NCBI GenBank assembly: GCA_021783095.1
Contig: JAJXUG010000001.1
Coordinates: 119,570 to 183,569 of the forward strand
Reading direction: 5' to 3'
Source: Chloroflexota bacterium
GTDB lineage: Bacteria > Chloroflexota > Limnocylindria > Limnocylindrales > CSP1-4
Length of the DNA stretch: 64,000 nucleotides
A program made the translations under genes and the position numbers. Shown in pieces: positions 57,552-64,000 of this stretch (its first letter is position 1; the number at the start of each line of letters is the position of its first letter). The notes under the pieces were generated by a model. The model was not told where the DNA came from. It saw nothing but the letters and a program-made list of their open reading frames with translations, and searched no databases.

Positions 57552-58493
57552 TCAGCCCGGCTCCTGGTCCTTGAGCCGGCGCCGCAGGTGCGTGAGCCCG
57601 CCCTCCATCGGCCGAGGGTCGAAGCCGAAGCCGGCGTGGACGCTGTCAAGGGGGCCGATGTTGTCGTGGCGGAGCTGGCGGAGCTGGTCCGTGGCCACCG
57701 GGAACGGCGCCCTGACCGCCTCGGCGGCGCCCGCGACGGCCCGGATCACGGCCACCGGCATCGGCATGAGCAGGCGCCGGGCGCCCATCCCGCGGAGCAC
57801 CTCCTCGACGATCTCGCGGTAGGTCCAGTAGCGCGGCCCGCCGAGCAGCAGCTCCCGGCCCGCGTACGCGTCGTCGCCCAGCGCGATCACGCACGCCCGG
57901 GCGAGGTCCTCGATCGCGAGGGGCTGGAAGCGCGCCTTCCCGCTGCCGGTGATGGGCACGATCCCGGGCGACATCCGGACGAGGCCCGCGAGCAGGTTGA
58001 AGAACCCGTCGCGCGGCCCGAACAGCAGCGACGGCGCGAGGATCGTCGTGCGCAGCCCGCTCTCGCGCACGATCGCCATCGCCTTGGCCTTGGAGCTCCC
58101 GTAGTGGAGGTCCGGCTCGTCGGTCACGCCCAGCGCACCCAGGTGCACCAGCCGCTCAGCCCCGGCCGCCCGCATGGCGGCGACCACGTTGCGGGTGCCC
58201 TCGGTGTTGACCAGGCGCAGGGTCTCCCCGCCGTCCCAGTCGCGCGCGATCGCGGCCAGGTGCACGGTCGCGTCCACCCCGACGAGCGCTGCGGGCAGCG
58301 TGTCGGGCTTGGTGACGTCGCCCCGGCGCACCTCCACCCGTTCGCGCTGAGAGGCGGGCAGGCGGCGGACCACCAGCGCGCCGGCCTCGTCGTCGCGAAC
58401 CAGCGCGACCACGCTGTGGCCGGCGTCGAGCAGGGCCGGGACGACGTGGCTGCCGACGAAGCCGTTGGCGCCGGTGACGAGGATGGTCTTCAT
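57552..58493 (-). CDS. NAD(P)-dependent epimerase/dehydratase (extended SDR, NmrA/complex-I NDUFA9-like)
   Basis: MKTILVTGANGFVGSHVVPALLDAGHSV Rossmann motif. 313 aa from ATG 58493. Confidence 0.8.
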   Translation of the reverse strand: MKTILVTGANGFVGSHVVPALLDAGHSVVALVRDDEAGALVVRRLPASQRERVEVRRGDVTKPDTLPAALVGVDATVHLAAIARDWDGGETLRLVNTEGTRNVVAAMRAAGAERLVHLGALGVTDEPDLHYGSSKAKAMAIVRESGLRTTILAPSLLFGPRDGFFNLLAGLVRMSPGIVPITGSGKARFQPLAIEDLARACVIALGDDAYAGRELLLGGPRYWTYREIVEEVLRGMGARRLLMPMPVAVIRAVAGAAEAVRAPFPVATDQLRQLRHDNIGPLDSVHAGFGFDPRPMEGGLTHLRRRLKDQEPG

Positions 58494-58578
58494 GGCGCAC
58501 AGCATAAACTGGCTACTCGAAGCGCGCAAGATATCGGAACGCCGCGTGAGCGCCACGCGCGCGGCCTACCATCCCCTC

Positions 58579-59640
58579 ATGAGCGAACTGGACCCCCGGA
58601 CCCTGCGCGCCCTCGCCGGCGCCATGCCCAAGGCGGAGCTCCACCTGCACCTCGACGGCTCGCTGCGCCCCGAGACCGCGCTCGAGATCGCGCGGACGCG
58701 GGGCGTGGAGGCGCCGCGCACCTACGCCGGGATGCGCGGCGTGCTCGTCGGCCCGGAGCAGTCGGAGGACCAGGCGGCACTGCTGCTCGCCTTCGACCTC
58801 CCGATCGCGCTGATACAGGACGCCGCGGCGCTCGAGCGGATCGCCGCCGACCTGGTCGAGGACAAGGCCGCCGATCGCGTCCGGTACGCCGAGATCCGCT
58901 GGGCGCCGCTCCTCCACACGGATCGAGGGCTGACGGGCCCCCAGGTGGTCGAGGCCGTGGCGCGGGGTGCTGCGCGGGCGGCGGCGGGTCGCGACATCGA
59001 GGTCCGCCTGATCGCCACCCTCATGCGCAGCCATGCGCCGGAGCGGAACCTCGCGTTCGTCGCGGACATGGAGGCGCACGGCATCCCCGAGGGCCTGGTC
59101 GCCGTCGACCTCGCCGGGCAGGAGGCGCGGTTCCCCGACCCGGGGCTCCACCGGGCGGCCATCGAGCTCGCCCGCTCGATCGGGCTCCACGTGACGGTTC
59201 ATGCCGGCGAGTGGGGCGGCGCCGCGCAGGTGCGGCGGGCGCTCGCGCTCGAGCCGGAGCGGATCGCGCACGGCCCGCTCTCCATCGACGACCCGACGCT
59301 CGTCGCCGAGCTCATCTCGCGCGGCACCTGGCTCGACCTCTGCCCCACGTCCAACGTGCAGGCCAGCATCGTCCCCACGCTCGACGCGCACCCCCTCCGC
59401 CGGCTCCTCCACGCGGGCGTGCGCGTGACGCTCAGCACCGACGACCTCACGGTCTCCGACGTCACCCTGACCGAGGAGTACGTGCGCGCCGTGGAGCGGA
59501 TCGGGCTGACCGTGCCCGAGCTGTGGGCGATCGACCTCGCGGCGCTGGACGCCGCCTTCTGCGACGCGGCGACGCGGCAGCGGCTCAGGATCGAGTTCCG
59601 CGCGTGGGCGGCGAGCGTGCCGGAGCTGACGGGCGGCTGA
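58579..59640 (+). CDS. add: Adenosine deaminase
   Basis: LPKAELHLHLDGSLRPET metal-binding motif, internal HAGE and the C-terminal SxDD (LSTDD) motif. Start at MSELDP (58579). Confidence 0.85.
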   Translation: MSELDPRTLRALAGAMPKAELHLHLDGSLRPETALEIARTRGVEAPRTYAGMRGVLVGPEQSEDQAALLLAFDLPIALIQDAAALERIAADLVEDKAADRVRYAEIRWAPLLHTDRGLTGPQVVEAVARGAARAAAGRDIEVRLIATLMRSHAPERNLAFVADMEAHGIPEGLVAVDLAGQEARFPDPGLHRAAIELARSIGLHVTVHAGEWGGAAQVRRALALEPERIAHGPLSIDDPTLVAELISRGTWLDLCPTSNVQASIVPTLDAHPLRRLLHAGVRVTLSTDDLTVSDVTLTEEYVRAVERIGLTVPELWAIDLAALDAAFCDAATRQRLRIEFRAWAASVPELTGG

Positions 59641-59720
59641 CGGGCGGCTGACGGGCTGGCGCCTCGCTCCAGCCGGGGGGCGAGCCGGGGCGGGCGCGCC
59701 TGCGCCCGGAAGAGCGGTCG

Positions 59721-60563
59721 TCAGGCCTCGGCCAGCCCGCGGAGCGCCGCCTCGAGCCCGGCGGCGTCGGCGGCCACGCGGGTCGGCCGCTGGTCGGCGG
59801 GGACCTGATCGGCCATCGCGCGGGTCGTGACGCCGGTCAGCATGAGGATCGTGCGCGCGCCCACGGCCCGCCCCGCAGCGACGTCGGTCAGCGCGTCGCC
59901 GATCATCACCGCCTTGCGCACGTCCGCGCCGACGAGGCGGGCACCGGCCTCGAGCAGATACGGCCCCGGCTTGCCGATCACCACCTGCGGCTCTGCTCGG
60001 GCGGCGGTCGCCACCGCCGCCACCACCGACCCCGCGCCGGGCCGCAACCCCTGCGCGGTCGGGTAGACCGGGTCCCGATTCGTGGCCACGAAGGCGGCGC
60101 CCGCGCGGATGCAGTCGGCCGCGGCGGCGACGCGCAGGTACGACATCTGCGGGTCGAGCCCCACCACCACCGCATCGGGGTGGCCCGCGGCCGCCCAGCC
60201 GTCGATCCCCTCCTCGTGCATCCGGGTGGCGGCATGGCCGACCGTGACGACGTCGAAGCCTGCCTCGCGCAGCTCGCGCTCGAGCCCGGACGCGCCCACG
60301 GCGAGCACGCGTCGCACGCTCGGCAGCTGGTCGTGGATCCACACGGCCGCAGCACTTGCGGACGTCACCACGCGGTCGGGGCCGACGGGGGCGCCATGGC
60401 TCGCGAGCCGGGGCAGGTACTTGGCGCTGTACGTCATCGCGTTGTTCGTGACGTACACGATCTCGTCGCCGGCCGCCGCCCGGGCAGCGAGCACCGACGG
60501 CACGCCGGGCACCGTCTCGGTGCTGCGGTAGACGACGCCATCGAGATCAACGAGCAGGAGCAC
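59721..60563 (-). CDS. HAD-superfamily hydrolase, subfamily IIA (NagD-like)
   Basis: N-terminal LVDLDGVVY (motif I), VTNN (motif II) and C-terminal MIGDALTDVAAG (motif IV). Confidence 0.8.
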   Translation of the reverse strand: MLLLVDLDGVVYRSTETVPGVPSVLAARAAAGDEIVYVTNNAMTYSAKYLPRLASHGAPVGPDRVVTSASAAAVWIHDQLPSVRRVLAVGASGLERELREAGFDVVTVGHAATRMHEEGIDGWAAAGHPDAVVVGLDPQMSYLRVAAAADCIRAGAAFVATNRDPVYPTAQGLRPGAGSVVAAVATAARAEPQVVIGKPGPYLLEAGARLVGADVRKAVMIGDALTDVAAGRAVGARTILMLTGVTTRAMADQVPADQRPTRVAADAAGLEAALRGLAEA

Positions 60564-60585
60564 GGACCGATGCTACCGTCTGCCC

Positions 60586-61197
60586 ATGCCCGCAGCCCCT
60601 CGATCCCCGCTCGACGACACCGACCGCCTGATCGTCGACGGCACCAACATGCTCCGCCGGATCGGCCCGACGGCGCCCGCGTCGACGATCGTCGGCCGCA
60701 TCCGCGCCGCGGTCCCGCTGACGATCACGATCGAGCTCGTGTTCGACGGGGTCGGCCACGGGGTGAACGGCCGCCTCGCCCAGGCGATGCGGGTGCGCTA
60801 CTCGGGCCGCCGGACAGCCGACGAGGCGATCCTCGACTTGGTGGGCGACGCCGCCACCGGCGGCCCGGGGCCCCTGGTGGCGGCGCGGACGCTGGTCGTC
60901 ACCGACGACCGCGCCCTCCGGATCGCGCTGACCGCGAGGGGCGCGCGCACGGCGGGCGTGGTCTGGCTGCTGGGGCGGATGCAGGTGCCGGCGCTGGCCA
61001 TCCCCACGGGCCGCCGCTCGACGTCGATCGGGTCGGGCCGCCCGCCGCTGCTCCTCGGGACCACCGGGGTCGGCCCGGGGTCGGGCAAGGACGAGGCCGA
61101 CGCCCGGCCGGGCTGGAAGCCCGGTCGCGGCGCCACGGCCAAGACCGGGACGCCGAAGCGCGTGGCGCGACATCGGCGGCATCCGCGCCAACCCTGA
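60586..61197 (+). CDS. NYN-domain (YacP/Rae1-like) putative ribonuclease
   Basis: LIVDGTNMLRR...ELVFDG...ADEAILDLV...LVVTDDRALR parallels B. subtilis YacP (LLVDGYNMI...VVFDA...ADERIE...VATSD). Arg/Pro-rich C-terminal tail. Confidence 0.6.
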   Translation: MPAAPRSPLDDTDRLIVDGTNMLRRIGPTAPASTIVGRIRAAVPLTITIELVFDGVGHGVNGRLAQAMRVRYSGRRTADEAILDLVGDAATGGPGPLVAARTLVVTDDRALRIALTARGARTAGVVWLLGRMQVPALAIPTGRRSTSIGSGRPPLLLGTTGVGPGSGKDEADARPGWKPGRGATAKTGTPKRVARHRRHPRQP

Positions 61198-61240
61198 CCG
61201 CGCAAGCCCGCGTTCCCGAGCGCGCTGTTAGGATGCGCCC

Positions 61241-61714
61241 GTGATCCTCGATCAGCTCAACCAGTTCTGGACGGGCGTGCTGCAGTTCCTCGCCCAGATC
61301 GTCACGCCCGACTGGGGCAAGCTCATCGTCGTGATCCCGGTGCTCCTCGCGCTGGCGGTGGTCGGCCCGATCCTCACGATCCTGGTGCTCGCGTGGCTCC
61401 GGTACGGTGTCGTCCGCCCGCGCCGGCACGTGCGCTTCGCCGACACCCGGCGTTCGGCCGAACTCGACGCGGACGGCCAGCCGGTCTACCCGCCGGGCGA
61501 GCCGTACTCCCCCGTCGAGCGGATGGTCTACGAGCCGGGGGCGACGCGTTCCCTCTCGGGCGAGACGCTGGTCGTCGCCTGCCCCAAGTGCGGCCTCGTC
61601 CGCAGCGCCGAGCGTGAGACGTGCGGCAACTGCGGCCTGTCGTTCCACCTCAAGCCTGTCGTGCGCTCGAGCGGCGCCGCCAATCGACCCTCCGGCGGGG
61701 CAGCGGCCGCCTGA
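61241..61714 (+). CDS. Hypothetical membrane protein with a C-terminal zinc ribbon
   Basis: One TM (LIVVIPVLLALAVVGPILTILVLAWL) and CPKCG...CGNCG two-pair Cys ribbon. Confidence 0.5.
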   Translation: MILDQLNQFWTGVLQFLAQIVTPDWGKLIVVIPVLLALAVVGPILTILVLAWLRYGVVRPRRHVRFADTRRSAELDADGQPVYPPGEPYSPVERMVYEPGATRSLSGETLVVACPKCGLVRSAERETCGNCGLSFHLKPVVRSSGAANRPSGGAAAA

Positions 61715-61804
61715 CTCCCGCCGTCGGGCCCCTCGCTCGGGCTGAGCGTCCAACCCGCCGTCCCCGCCCCCAGGCGAGGCGGCCCAAGCGTCCCGGGTCA
61801 TGCC

Positions 61805-62752
61805 ATGGCACAAGCGTCCTCGTTGCTGTTCATCCTCGGCACCATCGTCACGGCGGTCGCGCTCGGCCTGCACGTCGGGCACGCCGTCCTGCTCGCCAAC
61901 GGGCGGCGGATCGCCACGGCCTTCGCGCCGTCGCCGTCGCGCCAGCCCACGCTCGCGGCGGCCGGCGTGACCGGTTCATTCGTGATGTCGCGGGCCTCGC
62001 GCGAATCGGGTGGTCCCTCGCTCGCGGCCTCGGCCACGGGTTTGTCGCGCGCCGCGACGCTGACGGCGCTCGTCGCCTTCGCGCTGCTGCTGGCGTCGCT
62101 CCTGGCGCGCGCGATCGTGGTCGGGCGCGGGCCGTACGGCAACCTGTACGAGTTCAGCGAGGCGTTCGGGACCACCATCCTGGGCGGCTACCTGTTCCTC
62201 GCGCAGCGCTACTCCATCCGTCAGATCGGGTTCATCCCGGTGGGCGTGGCGCTGGCTGTGCTCCTGTACGCGTCGTCGCTGCCGGGGGACGTGTCGCCCC
62301 TCGTGCCGGCGCTCCAGAACGCGCCGCTGCTCACCATCCATGTCGGGATGGCGGTGCTCTCGTACGGGATCTTCGCGACCGCGTTCGCGGCGGGTGTCGG
62401 CTACCTGGTCCAGGGCACCGGCGACCGCTTCGCCTGGCTGCCCTCGCACCGGACGCTCGACGAGGTGGCATACCGGTCGGTGATCATCGCCTTCCCGATC
62501 TTCGCGACGATGATCGTGCTGGGCTCCTGGTGGGCGTCGATCGCGTGGTCCGCCTACTGGAGCTGGGACCCCAAGGAGACCTCGGCGCTCGTGACGTGGC
62601 TCACGTACGCGATCTACCTGCACGCGCGCAACCAGCGTCGCTGGGCGGGACGACCGGCCGCGCTGCTGCTGGTGGTGGGCTTCGGGATGGTGCTCGTCAC
62701 CTACTCCGGGTCGCTCTGGTTCACCGGGCTGCACTCGTACAGCGGGCTGTAG
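61805..62752 (+). CDS. ccsA: Cytochrome c-type biogenesis protein CcsA/ResC family (heme handling, WWD domain)
   Basis: WWD motif WSAYWSWDPKETSALVTWL followed by a conserved His (YLHARNQ). 8 predicted TM helices. Confidence 0.75.
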   Translation: MAQASSLLFILGTIVTAVALGLHVGHAVLLANGRRIATAFAPSPSRQPTLAAAGVTGSFVMSRASRESGGPSLAASATGLSRAATLTALVAFALLLASLLARAIVVGRGPYGNLYEFSEAFGTTILGGYLFLAQRYSIRQIGFIPVGVALAVLLYASSLPGDVSPLVPALQNAPLLTIHVGMAVLSYGIFATAFAAGVGYLVQGTGDRFAWLPSHRTLDEVAYRSVIIAFPIFATMIVLGSWWASIAWSAYWSWDPKETSALVTWLTYAIYLHARNQRRWAGRPAALLLVVGFGMVLVTYSGSLWFTGLHSYSGL

Positions 62753-63054
62753 CCCCGTCCCTCCCCACCGACAAGCCGCTGCGGTTCCCAGCCGCCGCGT
62801 CCCGCGCTTTCGAGCCCCAGATACTCGGCAAGCGGGTGTTGGGCGACTCGCATGTCTCATGCACCCGATCGCCGGGTATCTGGGGCTCGTCGCGAGTCAG
62901 GCACTCGCCCCGTGCGTGTGTGGCGATCCGGTCCCGTCCAACACTCGCCGTGCGAGTGTCTGGGGCGGGGCCGCGGGGCAGGGGCGGGGGTCGCGGGGCC
63001 GTGCCGCGTGTCCCGCCAAAGCGCGCGATAAGCCGCTCACGCCACACTCCAGCG

Positions 63055-63783
63055 ATGACCGACAAGGAGATCGGACGGGCGATCCGCGCGGTTCGGCTCA
63101 GGAAGCGTCTGCGCCAGATCGACGTCGCTCGCGCGGCCGAGATCTCCCAGCAGACGGTGTCGCGCATCGAACGCGGGGCGCTCGGAGAGGTGAGCCTGCC
63201 GATCATCCGGCGCGTCGCCGACGCGATCGACGCTCGGCTCGTCCTGGGCCTGAACTGGCAGGCAGCCGACCTCGACCGCCTCCTCGGCGCACGACACTCC
63301 GGCATGCACGAAGCGCTCGCCGGCATCTTCTCCGGCCTGCCCGAGTGGGTGGCGCTTTCCGAAGTCAGCTTCGCGATCTACGGGGAGCGCGGCGTCATCG
63401 ACATCCTGGCCTGGCACGCCCCAACGCGGAGCCTGCTGGTGATCGAGCTCAAGACGGAGCTCGCGGACATCCAAGCGACGCTCGGGACGTTCGACCGCAA
63501 GGTGAGGCTCGCGCGAGCCATTGCGAAGGAGCGTGGCTGGGACGCCAAGACCGTGAGCGCCTGGCTCGTGGTCGCGGACGGATCAACCAATCGGAGGCGC
63601 GTCGCGGCACACAGCGCCACGCTTCGGGCGGCGCTCCCCGACGACGGGCCCGCCGTCCGGGCGTGGCTTCGGCAGCCTGTTGCGCAGGTGCGCGCACTCA
63701 GCTTCCTCTCGGCCTCCGGCGCACGGCATTCGTTCGCCCAGACGGTACGGGTCGCCACCTGCAGGTCGAACGCCGCCGCCTGA
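63055..63783 (+). CDS. XRE-family HTH protein fused to a C-terminal PD-(D/E)xK-like putative nuclease-fold domain
   Basis: N-terminal HTH (LRQIDVARAAEISQQTVSRIERG). C-terminal half has a D...E-x-K arrangement (GVIDILAWH...LLVIELKTE). ATG at 63055; the long 61621 ORF upstream is a frame artefact. Confidence 0.6.
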   Translation: MTDKEIGRAIRAVRLRKRLRQIDVARAAEISQQTVSRIERGALGEVSLPIIRRVADAIDARLVLGLNWQAADLDRLLGARHSGMHEALAGIFSGLPEWVALSEVSFAIYGERGVIDILAWHAPTRSLLVIELKTELADIQATLGTFDRKVRLARAIAKERGWDAKTVSAWLVVADGSTNRRRVAAHSATLRAALPDDGPAVRAWLRQPVAQVRALSFLSASGARHSFAQTVRVATCRSNAAA

Positions 63784-64000
63784 GCCGTCGGCGCGACAGT
63801 TCGTACGCCCGTTCGATCCGCTATCGTGGACGACCGCGTGGACAAGCCCGCCGAACCTGTGGAAACGCGCGGTGCACAACGTGGACGATCCAGGGCCGAC
63901 TGTGGACGAACGGGGGTCGGGCGTGGACGGCCGCGGGATGGCATTACAGCCCGATTTCCCCACATCTTGCGATCGGGGCAACCATCGGACCACAACATCT

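Overview
This is a 64 kb, very GC-rich (about 70%) chromosomal segment, densely coded on both strands. Codon bias, frequent GTG starts, AGGAGG-type Shine-Dalgarno sites and many ATGA/GTGA overlapping gene junctions all point to an actinobacterium (Actinomycetota). I found no rRNA, tRNA, CRISPR array, transposase or integrase.

The left third (1-20 kb) is housekeeping:
- signal peptidase I (5' partial), pirin, prolyl oligopeptidase;
- an ArsR-family regulator translationally coupled to an MFS exporter, behind a striking AT-rich perfect palindrome;
- phosphoglucomutase, an orphan MsiK-type sugar ABC ATPase, a NUDIX hydrolase, nicotinate phosphoribosyltransferase;
- two tandem paralogous membrane-anchored M1-like (HEXXH...E) metallopeptidase homologues followed by a YbjN-like gene;
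- glgC and a coiled-coil M23 peptidase.

From about 20 to 54 kb there is a coherent catabolic island for choline and glycine betaine down to glycine. Its parts are:
- choline dehydrogenase, an aldehyde (betaine-aldehyde-type) dehydrogenase and a BetI-like TetR regulator;
- four paralogous DMGDH/DMGO-family genes (FAD domain fused to a GcvT-like folate-binding domain), etfBA, a DadA-like oxidase, and a LivJ-type (HAAT) ABC importer;
- most notably, a complete corrinoid-dependent methyltransferase module: an MttB-superfamily (non-pyrrolysine) methyltransferase, a B12-binding corrinoid protein, a pterin-binding methyl-corrinoid:THF methyltransferase, a RACo-type reductive activase and a DUF1638 protein. 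The module is co-transcribed with an IclR regulator, a GTG-start small protein and an orphan OpuAC-like betaine-binding fragment.

The right end carries a prepilin peptidase, pepA, an SDR epimerase, adenosine deaminase, a HAD hydrolase, a YacP/NYN protein, an orphan ccsA, and an XRE-HTH protein fused to a PD-(D/E)xK-like domain.

Several non-coding signals are flagged in the findings: operator-like palindromes, an 18-bp tandem repeat, paired hairpins upstream of betA, and stop-codon microduplications. All family assignments rest on motif recognition by eye. Coordinates of alternative starts may be off by a few codons.
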